64,000 nucleotides of DNA, from contig JBGAON010000001.1 in NCBI GenBank assembly GCA_044221725.1, positions 335,480 through 399,479 on the forward strand, written 5' to 3'. The position numbers and the translations under genes were made by a program. The DNA is from Elusimicrobiota bacterium. GTDB taxonomy: Bacteria > Elusimicrobiota > Elusimicrobia > F11. This document shows positions 27,652 through 36,833 of the stretch, one piece after another; positions within the stretch are counted from its first letter, which is position 1, and each line of letters opens with the position of its first letter. The notes beneath the pieces were generated by a model, which had not been told where the DNA came from, made no database searches, and saw nothing but the letters and a program-made list of their open reading frames with translations.

Positions 27652-28761
27652 ATGTACCGGCCGACGTGGGTGGAAATTTCCACACGCGCATTCTCCTCCA
27701 ATCTTCGTCAATTAAAGCTGCTGGCGGGCCCCGGTGTAGCGGTCATGGCTGTTCTCAAGGCCGATGCTTACGGTCATGGTGGAAAACCATTGGCCAAGCG
27801 CGCCGTCGAGGACGGTGCATCGTTAATTGGGGTGTCGAGTCTCGAAGAAGGAATTGCGCTGCGCGAGTGCGGAATTGAAGCTCCCATCCTATTGCTCGGA
27901 GGAATATATCCGCTCGAAAATTTTGCCGTAGCGATTGAAAACAATCTGACGCCCACCGTCTCAAGTCTCGATGCGGTTAAGTCGCTCGGTGAAATAGCGA
28001 GCGCGCGCAAAATAAAAGTTTCGTTTCATTTGAAGGTGGACACCGGCATGGGCCGCATCGGCGTGTCGCCGATCGGAGCCAAAACAATCTTTTCGTGGCT
28101 TAGCGGCCAGCCGCAATTGAACTTGGCCGGCGTCTACAGTCACTTCGCATGCGCGGATTCGGATCCCACGGTGACGCAAGACCAATTGCGCGATTTCTTA
28201 AGCGTGCGTGAGCTTGCGACCGGTTTCGGATTTAAAAATACCAAGTTCCACATCGCCAATTCGGCCGCGGCCATTCGTTATCCCGAAAGTCGCCTTGATC
28301 TTATTCGTCCGGGCATCGCACTTTATGGCGTTCCAACCGTTTCAGTGGCAGAGGATATTCATTTGCAGCCGGTGCTTAGTTGGCATTCCCGAATTGTGTT
28401 TCTGAAAAAAGTCCCGAGCGGAACACCGATTAGTTATGGGGCATCGTTTCGCACGAAACGGGAATCGGTGATTGCGACGTTGCCCGTTGGGTACGCGGAC
28501 GGAATTCCGCGTCTTGCGTCCAATAAAGGATTTGTTCTGATTAAAGGACGACGGTGTCCGATTGTCGGGCGTGTGACCATGGATCATATTATGGTGGACG
28601 TTACCGACATTCCGGTGGACATTGGAGAAATTGTCACGTTAATTGGTCGACAAAGCGATGCTGTGATCTCGGCTTCCGAATGGGGCGCGTGGGCCGATAC
28701 AATTTCCTATGAGATTTTTTGCGGCATTTCGAAACGCGTGCCTCGGATCGTGACCCAATGA
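27652..28761 (+). CDS. alr: alanine racemase
   Basis: PLP lysine motif VLKADAYGHGG. 370 aa from ATG 27652; the ORF-track 5' extension overlaps dnaB. Confidence 0.85.
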   Translation: MYRPTWVEISTRAFSSNLRQLKLLAGPGVAVMAVLKADAYGHGGKPLAKRAVEDGASLIGVSSLEEGIALRECGIEAPILLLGGIYPLENFAVAIENNLTPTVSSLDAVKSLGEIASARKIKVSFHLKVDTGMGRIGVSPIGAKTIFSWLSGQPQLNLAGVYSHFACADSDPTVTQDQLRDFLSVRELATGFGFKNTKFHIANSAAAIRYPESRLDLIRPGIALYGVPTVSVAEDIHLQPVLSWHSRIVFLKKVPSGTPISYGASFRTKRESVIATLPVGYADGIPRLASNKGFVLIKGRRCPIVGRVTMDHIMVDVTDIPVDIGEIVTLIGRQSDAVISASEWGAWADTISYEIFCGISKRVPRIVTQ

Positions 28762-29546
28762 CCTGGATTGCTTGGCTCGGTGCCGTCACATTGGACACAG
28801 CGGAGGCCCTGGGCCGCGTGGCCGCAATGGTTCGAAAATCTTTTTCGCTTATTTCCAAAGGCAAATGGGAGCCGGCGCTCTCGGTCACACAAATGAACGA
28901 GATTGGCGTGGCCTCTTTTCCGGTGGTTGGTCTCACTTCTCTTTTTACGGGCATGGTGCTGGCGTTTCAAAGTGGTTTCTCGTTTATGAAGGTTTTCAAC
29001 GAGCCAATTTACGTCGGTTCCGTGGTCGGCCTGTCTCTGGTGAAGGAGCTGGGGCCTGTTTTGACATCGGTTGTTATCGCGGGGCGCGTCGGTGCCGCAA
29101 TTACGGCCGAGCTCGGAACCATGAACGTGACGGAGCAGATCGACGCGTTGTACACGCTGGGAACAAGTCCGGTTCGCTATTTGGCCGTACCCCGTTACAT
29201 TGCGATGATGATCATGGTGCCGATTCTCGCGGCGCTCGCAAACATTATCGGAATCATTGGTGGTTGGATTGTGGCCGTGTCGCAATTAAAAATTCCCGGC
29301 AGTGTGTATTGGGATGAAGTGCGAACGTTCGTGGAACTCAACGACGTTTCGCACGGCATAATAAAATCTTTTTTCTTCGGGCTTATCATTGTCACGACTT
29401 CCTGTTACATGGGATTCAATTGCTCGGGAGGCGCCGAAGGCGTGGGGCGAGCCACGACGCGCGGCGTCGTTATTTCGATGGTTCTCATTCTTGTTGGAGA
29501 CTATTTTTTGAGCGCGCTCTTGGTGTCGGTGGGTATTGGCGGATGA
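28758..29546 (+). CDS. mlaE: phospholipid ABC transporter permease MlaE
   Basis: MlaE/YrbE family (QMNEIGVASFPVVGLTSLFTGMVLAFQ...EQIDALYTLGTSPVRYLAVPR). ATGA overlap with the alr stop. Confidence 0.85.
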   Translation: MTWIAWLGAVTLDTAEALGRVAAMVRKSFSLISKGKWEPALSVTQMNEIGVASFPVVGLTSLFTGMVLAFQSGFSFMKVFNEPIYVGSVVGLSLVKELGPVLTSVVIAGRVGAAITAELGTMNVTEQIDALYTLGTSPVRYLAVPRYIAMMIMVPILAALANIIGIIGGWIVAVSQLKIPGSVYWDEVRTFVELNDVSHGIIKSFFFGLIIVTTSCYMGFNCSGGAEGVGRATTRGVVISMVLILVGDYFLSALLVSVGIGG

Positions 29547-30304
29547 TCAAGATCGAAGGTGTCGAAAAGGCGTTCGGGCGCAACCGCGTGTTGCGCGGTG
29601 TCGATCTTGAAATCAAAGAGGGTGAAACGCTCACCATCATGGGTGGGTCCGGTACCGGAAAAAGTGTGCTCATCAAGCACATGGTGGGGCTGTTGAAGCC
29701 GGACCATGGACGTATATATGTCGACAACAAAGAAATCACAAATATGAACGAAGATCAGTTGTTTCAGATTCAGCGGCGCTTCGGGTATTTGTTTCAAGGC
29801 GCTGCGTTGTTCGATTCGTTAACGGTGGGAGAAAATATTTCGTTTGGAATTCAGAATCTTCGACCCGACGTGAAGAATTTAAAAGATGTGGTGGTGGAAA
29901 AACTTGCGCTCGTGGGACTGCGGCCAGAAGTAGCCAACCTTAAGCCGGCCGAGTTATCCGGAGGAATGAAAAAACGCGTTGGATTGGCGCGTGCGATCGC
30001 CTATGAGCCAGATTATATTTTGTACGATGAACCAACGACGGGATTGGATCCGATCATGTCCGATGTGATCAACGATTTGATTCTTGGACTGCAAAAAAAG
30101 TTGGGCGTGACGTCCGTGGTCGTCACGCACGACATGACATCGGCGTATAAGATCTCCAACCGCATGGCGATGCTGTATCAAGGGAAAATCGTGGCGATCG
30201 GCACGCCCGCGGAAATTCGGAACACGTCCAACCCGTTGGTGAAGCAATTCATCACCGGCTCCTCTCAAGGGCCGATCCAAATGCAAATAAGGGCGGTTGA
30301 ATAG
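29543..30304 (+). CDS. mlaF: phospholipid ABC transporter ATP-binding protein MlaF
   Basis: Walker A GGSGTGKS, signature LSGGMKKRV, Walker B ILYDEP. ATGA overlap with the mlaE stop. Confidence 0.88.
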   Translation: MIKIEGVEKAFGRNRVLRGVDLEIKEGETLTIMGGSGTGKSVLIKHMVGLLKPDHGRIYVDNKEITNMNEDQLFQIQRRFGYLFQGAALFDSLTVGENISFGIQNLRPDVKNLKDVVVEKLALVGLRPEVANLKPAELSGGMKKRVGLARAIAYEPDYILYDEPTTGLDPIMSDVINDLILGLQKKLGVTSVVVTHDMTSAYKISNRMAMLYQGKIVAIGTPAEIRNTSNPLVKQFITGSSQGPIQMQIRAVE

Positions 30305-31663
30305 TTGAACACCGAAACAAAAGTCGGCCTGTTTTTGTTGGCGGCCTTGAGCGTGATACTGACGTCAATTCTCACGCTCGGTAATGTTCAATTTTTCAGT
30401 CGCAATCACCGCTACTACGTTGATTTTGCGAACGTCGAAGCGCTTCCCGCGAAAGCGTTGGTCAAAGTGGCCGGCGTCGAAATCGGAAAAGTACGCAAAG
30501 TGTCGCTCGTGGAAGGTCACGCCCGCGTTACGATTGATATTGATCCCGAAGTGGAGCTGCACGAAAACGCATCGGCGCGCGTGGAGTCAACCGGTATCAT
30601 TGGAACAAAATTTATCGAGTTGCGTCCCGGCAGTTCCTCTCTTCCAATCCTTCCAAACAAATCCGCGATCCGTGGTGAAGAAGCCGCTGGTTTGAATCAG
30701 ATGATCAACAAGCTCAGCACGCTGTTTGAAAGCGACGAGAAAAACGGCAACGCCGTCGATAATTTTAAAGAGACGATGGCCAACATCCGCAACATTACGC
30801 GCGCGTTGAATGTGGCGATGGGCAATCATGCTGGAGAAATGGAAGAGATCGTCATGAACGTTCGCGATTTGACCGCCAGCTTGAAAGTTTTCTCGGCGCA
30901 TCTCGAAGAAATTTCCACCGAGAAGAAAGAGGATTTCAAAACAGCGATCACGAAGTTCAAGGACGTGGGTGACAAGTTGGACGCGCTGTTGGCCAAGGTG
31001 AGCCGCGGCGAGGGAACGATCGGTGCGCTGATGACCGACAAGCAGACGGAGCAAAATGTAAAAGAAGCGGTCGCGTCCATTAAAGACTCGGCCAATTCCG
31101 CAAAGAAGATTTTGGGTCGTTTCACGGCCGTGAATATTTATTGGGATTACCGGTATCGCTATGACATGACGGACAACGAGGGAAGGCACGATCTTGCGCT
31201 CAAGTTTGTGCCACGGCCCGGAAAATTTTATGCGCTCGGTGTGACGAACATGAGCGTGAACGATCAGTCGGATGAAGAACACACATTGTTTGAGCGTCGC
31301 AATCGCGTCCTGGCCGTCATGGGGAACGATCTTGGCCCATTTACCGGATACATTGGTGCGGTGCGATCACGCGGGGGCGGTGGCCTAAATTTCCGTCCGT
31401 TCTTCTTTAACCCGAAGTGGGATCGCCGCGTTGAATTGAACGCTGAGCTGTCCGACCCAATGCGGGACCGGCTGGTGCAGGGCCGTCATTTGGACACGCC
31501 GTGGGTCGGCGTTGGGGCGCACGTGGCGTTGAACAAATGGTTATGGATTGGCGCGCGCGCAGAAGATATTTTTGAGCGGGTTGCGTATCAAGCGTATATG
31601 AACATCAACTTCCGCGATCAAGATTTGGCGTATATGTTCGGTCTCGCCAGCGTGGCGAGATAA
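30305..31663 (+). CDS. mlaD: MCE-domain protein MlaD with long C-terminal extension
   Basis: TTG start adjacent to the mlaF stop. Single N-terminal TM, MCE domain (VKVAGVEIGKVRKVSLVEGHARVTIDID), extended coiled-coil-like C-terminal region (452 aa). Confidence 0.8.
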   Translation: MNTETKVGLFLLAALSVILTSILTLGNVQFFSRNHRYYVDFANVEALPAKALVKVAGVEIGKVRKVSLVEGHARVTIDIDPEVELHENASARVESTGIIGTKFIELRPGSSSLPILPNKSAIRGEEAAGLNQMINKLSTLFESDEKNGNAVDNFKETMANIRNITRALNVAMGNHAGEMEEIVMNVRDLTASLKVFSAHLEEISTEKKEDFKTAITKFKDVGDKLDALLAKVSRGEGTIGALMTDKQTEQNVKEAVASIKDSANSAKKILGRFTAVNIYWDYRYRYDMTDNEGRHDLALKFVPRPGKFYALGVTNMSVNDQSDEEHTLFERRNRVLAVMGNDLGPFTGYIGAVRSRGGGGLNFRPFFFNPKWDRRVELNAELSDPMRDRLVQGRHLDTPWVGVGAHVALNKWLWIGARAEDIFERVAYQAYMNINFRDQDLAYMFGLASVAR

Positions 31664-31674
31664 GGAGCAATAAA

Positions 31675-32205
31675 ATGGCAGGAAAGGTAGTTCCAACCCG
31701 ATTGTATTCGCTGTCTCAAGTCGGTGGACAGTGCGTAATGGTTCTCGAGGAAATTGACGGGCCGCGTTTGTTGCCCATTTGGATCGGCCTTTATGAAGGA
31801 GGCGCCATTGGCATGGCATTGTCCGGCCAGCAATTTCCCCGTCCGCTCACGCACGACCTGTTTATGATTGTCATGCAGCAGCTCGGCGGCAAAATGAAGC
31901 ACATGGAAATTACCGAGCTCAAAGATTCAACCTTCTACGCCGAAATTTGTTTGACGAGTGGGCCCAACGATATCATCATTGATGCGCGTCCCAGTGACTC
32001 GGTGGCGCTGGCCGTGCGCGCCAACTGTCCGATTCTCGTGAACGAAAAAGTTTTCAAAGCGTGTCCCGAATTGTTGAAGCCCATTAGCGAAGACGAAGTG
32101 AACGATTTCAAAAAAAAGTTGGACACAATGACGCCGGAAGACTTTTTCAAAGATCTCAAGAAGAAAGACGAGCCTCCATCAGGAAAAGAACCGCCGCAAG
32201 AATAG
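31675..32205 (+). CDS. bifunctional nuclease (BFN/DUF151) domain protein
   Basis: VMVLEEIDGPRLLPIWIG...PLTHDL...DARPSDSVALAVR is typical of the BFN domain. Acidic Lys-rich tail. Confidence 0.65.
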   Translation: MAGKVVPTRLYSLSQVGGQCVMVLEEIDGPRLLPIWIGLYEGGAIGMALSGQQFPRPLTHDLFMIVMQQLGGKMKHMEITELKDSTFYAEICLTSGPNDIIIDARPSDSVALAVRANCPILVNEKVFKACPELLKPISEDEVNDFKKKLDTMTPEDFFKDLKKKDEPPSGKEPPQE

Positions 32206-32232
32206 TCGTCGACAAATAAGGAGACATTTCGA

Positions 32233-33285
32233 ATGTTTCATGTGTTAAGAGGATTGCTGTTGCTCGTAGGGCCCATTATTGGTTATTCGGTTGGTAAAAC
32301 CGCCGACGCCGCGCTTGTAGGATTGGGTGTGTCCGCATTCGTTGTAGCGATTGAACTGGTGATTGAGCGCATTCCATTGGACGTTTTAATTTTTGGTGCG
32401 ATTGGAGCGTTTGGCGGTGTCATTATTGCGAAAGGAATTGACTGGCTTGTTTTCCGGCTCGACAATCCGGCGATCTATCAATTCATTTCAAACAAGTCGC
32501 TGCTAGTGAATCTTGTGTTCGCGTATCTCGGTTGCATGATCGCGGTTCGAAAAAAAGGCGAACTCGATCTCCTCGATAAAAATCTCGTTGTTAAGTCCAC
32601 AAAATCCAAAGAAGTCAAAATTATCGACACGTCCGTTCTCATTGATGGACGACTCGCCGACGTCGTGGAAACCGGTTTTCTTTCGGGGAATCTTATCGTG
32701 CCACGATTCGTGTTGCATGAGCTCCAGGTCGTCGCCGACTCGTCGGACGGAACGAAACGTCAGCGTGGGCGTCGGGGGCTTGATATTTTAAAGCGGTTGC
32801 AAGACAGCCAAGAAGTAACGGTCAAAATTTACGACAAAGATTATCCGAACATAAAAGAAGTGGACTCGAAGCTCGTTGAACTCGCAAAAGAAATGGACGG
32901 CAAGGTTGCGACAACGGATTTCAACTTAAGCAAAGTGGCCGCGCTTCAAGGCGTGCCCGTGTTGAACGTGAACGATTTGGCCGGAGCGCTTAAGTCGGTG
33001 GTTCTTCCGGGCGATACGTTGATTCTTTATCTCGCGAAGGAAGGCAAAGAAAAACAGCAGGCTGTCGGATATCTCGACGATGGAACCATGGTTGTTGTGG
33101 ATGACGGCCGCCGCTATTTGGGTAAGCGCGTGAGCGCTTACGTGAATTCAATTCTTCAAACGCCTGCCGGCCGTATGATTTTTGCTCGCGCGCAGGAAGT
33201 AAAAGAGATGCCCCACGTGGAAGAAAAGCATCCGCTGCCAGGATCTCCGTCCGCGTCGAACGAATCTCATCCACCCCATTCCTAA
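32233..33285 (+). CDS. yacL: PIN/TRAM-domain membrane protein (YacL-like)
   Basis: N-terminal TM helices, PIN domain (IIDTSVLIDGRLADVVETGF...LHELQVVADS), C-terminal TRAM-like region. Sits upstream of ispD-ispF as in Bacillus. Confidence 0.7.
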   Translation: MFHVLRGLLLLVGPIIGYSVGKTADAALVGLGVSAFVVAIELVIERIPLDVLIFGAIGAFGGVIIAKGIDWLVFRLDNPAIYQFISNKSLLVNLVFAYLGCMIAVRKKGELDLLDKNLVVKSTKSKEVKIIDTSVLIDGRLADVVETGFLSGNLIVPRFVLHELQVVADSSDGTKRQRGRRGLDILKRLQDSQEVTVKIYDKDYPNIKEVDSKLVELAKEMDGKVATTDFNLSKVAALQGVPVLNVNDLAGALKSVVLPGDTLILYLAKEGKEKQQAVGYLDDGTMVVVDDGRRYLGKRVSAYVNSILQTPAGRMIFARAQEVKEMPHVEEKHPLPGSPSASNESHPPHS

Positions 33286-33290
33286 TTGGT

Positions 33291-33959
33291 ATGAAGTCGG
33301 GTGTGGTGTTGCTTGCGGCCGGATCCGGGCGACGGTTCGGTGGACGCCAACCCAAACAGTTTCTCTTTGTTAACGGCAAACCGCTTTTTTTTCTTCCGCT
33401 GAAAACTTTTTTGGAAAAGCCCTCGGTGAAAGAAGTCGTGATCGTGGGCGCGCCCGTGCATCGCGCCAAAATTTCACGCTGGGTCGCAGCGATGCGAACA
33501 AACAAGCCAATCGCCGTGGTCGACGGGGGCGCCATTCGAGGAGAATCGGTTCGAAATGGCGTACAAGCGTTATCGAACTCCGTCGATGTCGTGCTTGTGC
33601 ACGATTCGGCGCGTCCGTTGGTATCGCGCGACATTATTGACCGGGTTGAAAAAGCGGCGAAGCGAACAGGGGCCGCGTTGGCCGCGTGGCCGCTGGCCGA
33701 CACGTTGAAGTTGGCCACGCCGAGCTTGCTCGTTAAGAAAACCATTCCAAGGGAGAAGCTTTGGCTTGCGCAAACACCGCAGGGATTTCGACGGGATGTG
33801 GCTCAAAAATGTTTGATGGCGCCGTCCGCTGGTGCGACGGACGATGTGGAACTCGCGCAACGCAAAGGGTACAAGGTCGCAATTGTTGAGGGGAGCGCCA
33901 CCAATTTTAAGGTCACGTATCCCACGGATTTAACGTTATGTCGATTACTTCAAAAATAA
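33291..33959 (+). CDS. ispD: 2-C-methyl-D-erythritol 4-phosphate cytidylyltransferase
   Basis: VVLLAAGSGRRFGGRQPKQFL N-terminal signature. 222 aa. Confidence 0.88.
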   Translation: MKSGVVLLAAGSGRRFGGRQPKQFLFVNGKPLFFLPLKTFLEKPSVKEVVIVGAPVHRAKISRWVAAMRTNKPIAVVDGGAIRGESVRNGVQALSNSVDVVLVHDSARPLVSRDIIDRVEKAAKRTGAALAAWPLADTLKLATPSLLVKKTIPREKLWLAQTPQGFRRDVAQKCLMAPSAGATDDVELAQRKGYKVAIVEGSATNFKVTYPTDLTLCRLLQK

Positions 33960-34432
33960 GTCGGACCGGATTCGGTTTCGATTCGCACCTGTTCTCGTCC
34001 AGCGGTACGTTGGTGCTGGGCGGAATCAAATTTAAAAACATGCCGATCCTCAAAGGGCATTCGGACGGCGATGCTGTTTTGCATGCGCTGATCGATGCGC
34101 TTTTGGGCGCCGCCTCGTTGGGCGACATTGGCGAGATGTTCCCGGATACGTCATCGGCGCTCAAGGGGATTGATAGTGCGTTGCTTTTGAAACGCGCCGT
34201 CGACCGCGTAAAAAAAGCCGGCTGGACGCCGGAACATGTGGACGTCACAATTCTTGCGGACGACCCGCGCCTATCGCCGGTCAAAGAAAAAATGAAGAAA
34301 GGGTTAGCGAAACTACTGGGTATGCATGCGAGCGACGTGAACGTAAAAGCCAAAACTCAAGAAGGGTTAGCGATATTCAAACAGCCCGGCGGAATTGCCG
34401 TTTGGGCCGTCGCCACACTGGGTGGTAGATGA
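33938..34432 (+). CDS. ispF: 2-C-methyl-D-erythritol 2,4-cyclodiphosphate synthase
   Basis: GFGFDSH...HSDGDAVLHALIDALLGAASLGDIGEMFPDT matches the IspF signature. Confidence 0.9.
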   Translation: MSITSKISRTGFGFDSHLFSSSGTLVLGGIKFKNMPILKGHSDGDAVLHALIDALLGAASLGDIGEMFPDTSSALKGIDSALLLKRAVDRVKKAGWTPEHVDVTILADDPRLSPVKEKMKKGLAKLLGMHASDVNVKAKTQEGLAIFKQPGGIAVWAVATLGGR

Positions 34433-35835
34433 GACCGTTGCATTTCCATAACACGTTGTCGGGCAAGAAAGAGGAACTCAAACCGCTCGTCGCCGGCAAA
34501 GTCGGACTTTACGTTTGCGGGATTACGCCGTACGACGAATCCCACATTGGGCACGCGCGCTGTTATGTCGTGTTCGATATATTGAAACGGGTGCTACTGG
34601 CAAACGGTTACCAAGTCAAACACGTTCAGAACTTCACCGATGTCGATGACAAAATTATCAAGCGCGCAAACGAAATGAACGTGCCGGCGGAATCTTATCC
34701 GAAGCCGTTCATGAAAGGTTTTCTGGATCACATGAAAAAGTTGAACGTGCTGCCCGCCGACACCTACCCGCTTGTAACGACGCACATGAACGAAATTGTT
34801 GCTCTCATTGAGAGGCTCATCGCTCGCGGATTCGCCTATGAGATAGGCGGTGACGTGTATTATTCCGTGCGAAAATTTGGAACGCGTTACGTGGAATTGT
34901 CGAAACGAAATCTTGAAGAGATGATCGCCGGTGCGCGTGTGGAAGTGGACGAACGGAAAAACGATCCGCTCGACTTCGCGTTATGGAAGAAATCGAAGGA
35001 GAACGAGCCGGCTTGGCCATCGCCGTGGGGAAACGGGCGGCCCGGTTGGCACATTGAATGTTCGGCGATGGCGATGAAATACCTGGGCGACGAATTTGAC
35101 ATTCATGGCGGCGGAATGGATTTGATTTTTCCACACCACACGAATGAAATCGCCCAGTCGGTGGGCGCCTCCGGCAAAGCGTTTGCAAAGATGTGGGTGC
35201 ACAACGGGTTTGTCACGATCGACAATGAAAAGATGTCGAAGTCGCTCGGGAATTTTTTCACGATTAAAGAGGTGCTTGCCAAGTTTGATCCGATGACGCT
35301 TCGGTATTTTCTGCTTTCGCAGCATTACCGAAGCCCGCTCAATTTTTCGGACCACGCGCTCACCGTGGCCCAAACCACGTGGTTCCAACGAATCATCGGA
35401 GCTTATCGTATTGCAGAGGGCTGGGAGCATCGTCGTTCCCGCGAAGGCGGGAACCTAGACACCCCCGGTGGGGCGACAGAGAAGTTTCACGCCGCACTCG
35501 CTAACGACTTGAACACGCCCGAAGCGCTCGCGGAAATCAATCAATATTGTTCGCTTATTTACGAGCACGAGAAATCACAAGAGCCAATGCCGGAGGCGAA
35601 GTCGGTGTTGGATGCGATGTTCAATACGCTCGGGCTGGTTCCCGCGCAAGAGGAAAAGTGGTCCGATGAAATTCTCGCAATCGTCAAAGATCGGGAGACC
35701 GCGCGTAAAAACAAAGAGTGGAAGCGCTCCGACGAGCTGCGTGATTTGCTGAAGTCAAAAGGCGTGCTCGTTGAAGATTCGTCATCGGGCCAGCGTTTGA
35801 AAAAAATGGGAGACGGCGTTGGCGTGGCGAAATAA
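34429..35835 (+). CDS. cysS: cysteine--tRNA ligase
   Basis: HIGH motif (ESHIGHAR), KMSKS motif present, Zn-binding Cys. Confidence 0.92.
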   Translation: MRPLHFHNTLSGKKEELKPLVAGKVGLYVCGITPYDESHIGHARCYVVFDILKRVLLANGYQVKHVQNFTDVDDKIIKRANEMNVPAESYPKPFMKGFLDHMKKLNVLPADTYPLVTTHMNEIVALIERLIARGFAYEIGGDVYYSVRKFGTRYVELSKRNLEEMIAGARVEVDERKNDPLDFALWKKSKENEPAWPSPWGNGRPGWHIECSAMAMKYLGDEFDIHGGGMDLIFPHHTNEIAQSVGASGKAFAKMWVHNGFVTIDNEKMSKSLGNFFTIKEVLAKFDPMTLRYFLLSQHYRSPLNFSDHALTVAQTTWFQRIIGAYRIAEGWEHRRSREGGNLDTPGGATEKFHAALANDLNTPEALAEINQYCSLIYEHEKSQEPMPEAKSVLDAMFNTLGLVPAQEEKWSDEILAIVKDRETARKNKEWKRSDELRDLLKSKGVLVEDSSSGQRLKKMGDGVGVAK

Positions 35836-36598
35836 GTCGAATCGCTCCGACCGTGCGGAGGATTCCTCGGCGGACCTTGTGTACGGTCGCTGGCCCGTGC
35901 GCGAAGCATTGGCCGCCGGGCAAGTCGCCAAAATTTTTGTCGCGCGGGGAGTGAACGGCGGTCCCGTAGAAGAAATCTTACGAATCGCTCGCGATAAGAA
36001 AGTGCCCTTTCATTGGGTCGAGCGTCAGAAAATTGACGAGCTTGCCGGCGATGAAGCCGTTCATCAGGGCGTTGCCGCGTACGCGACGCCGATAAAATTT
36101 TCCGACGTGAACGAAATTATTGGATTGGCCAAAAATTTCCGAGACAAAAGACCTGCGGCGATTTTTCTCGATGGCGTTACCGACCCGCACAACCTCGGCT
36201 CCATTTTGCGCAGCGCCGTTTTTTTCGGAGTGCCCGCTGTTGTGATTCCGAAATGGCGCGCCGCAACGTTGACGGGAACCGTCGTGCGCTCCTCCGCAGG
36301 TGCGGCGCGGCTTATCTCCATTGCACAGGTACCGAACCTGGTCGGTGCAATGGAACTCGCTCGAAAAGCGGGCGTTTGGCTGGTGGGTGCCGATATGTCG
36401 GGCGATGACATTAAGCAAGTTGATCTCCCTCAACCGTATATATTGGTGATGGGAGGAGAGGGTGAAGGGCTCCACGAGTTGGTGAGAAAGAAGTGCGACA
36501 TGTTGATTAGCCTTAAAGGGCATGCCAACAGGAAAGGAATCGATTCGTTAAACGTGGGCGCCGCCACCGCTGCTTTGCTTCACTCGGTTTCCTCTTAA
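35819..36598 (+). CDS. rlmB: 23S rRNA (guanosine-2'-O-)-methyltransferase RlmB (SpoU/TrmH family)
   Basis: YGRWPVREALAAG...IFLDGVTDPHNLGSILRSAVFFGV. Alternative GTG start at 35879 would avoid overlap with cysS. Confidence 0.8.
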   Translation: MAWRNKSNRSDRAEDSSADLVYGRWPVREALAAGQVAKIFVARGVNGGPVEEILRIARDKKVPFHWVERQKIDELAGDEAVHQGVAAYATPIKFSDVNEIIGLAKNFRDKRPAAIFLDGVTDPHNLGSILRSAVFFGVPAVVIPKWRAATLTGTVVRSSAGAARLISIAQVPNLVGAMELARKAGVWLVGADMSGDDIKQVDLPQPYILVMGGEGEGLHELVRKKCDMLISLKGHANRKGIDSLNVGAATAALLHSVSS

Positions 36599-36680
36599 CT
36601 AGAACGGTTTTGAACACCGGTAACCGGTTTGCTAATCGAGCGTGTTTTTATACGATCGGTTCGCTGTTTGGACTCTGAAC

Positions 36681-36752
36681 GCCGATGTAGCTCAATGGCA
36701 GAGCAACGGTTTTGTAAACCGTAGGTTGGGGGTTCGAGTCCCTTCATCGGCT
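36681..36752 (+). tRNA. tRNA-Thr(TGT)
   Basis: GCCGATGTAGCTCAATGGCAGAGCA 5' half. Anticodon stem ACGGT/ACCGT with loop TTTGTAA (anticodon TGT). T loop GGTTCGAGTCC. Confidence 0.8.
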
Positions 36753-36833
36753 TATAAAAGTTTTTCACTCTGTTAGCCCCCTCCCTAACGAGATTTCACC
36801 ATCGATATTTCTGTACAAAGGAACTTACGACCA

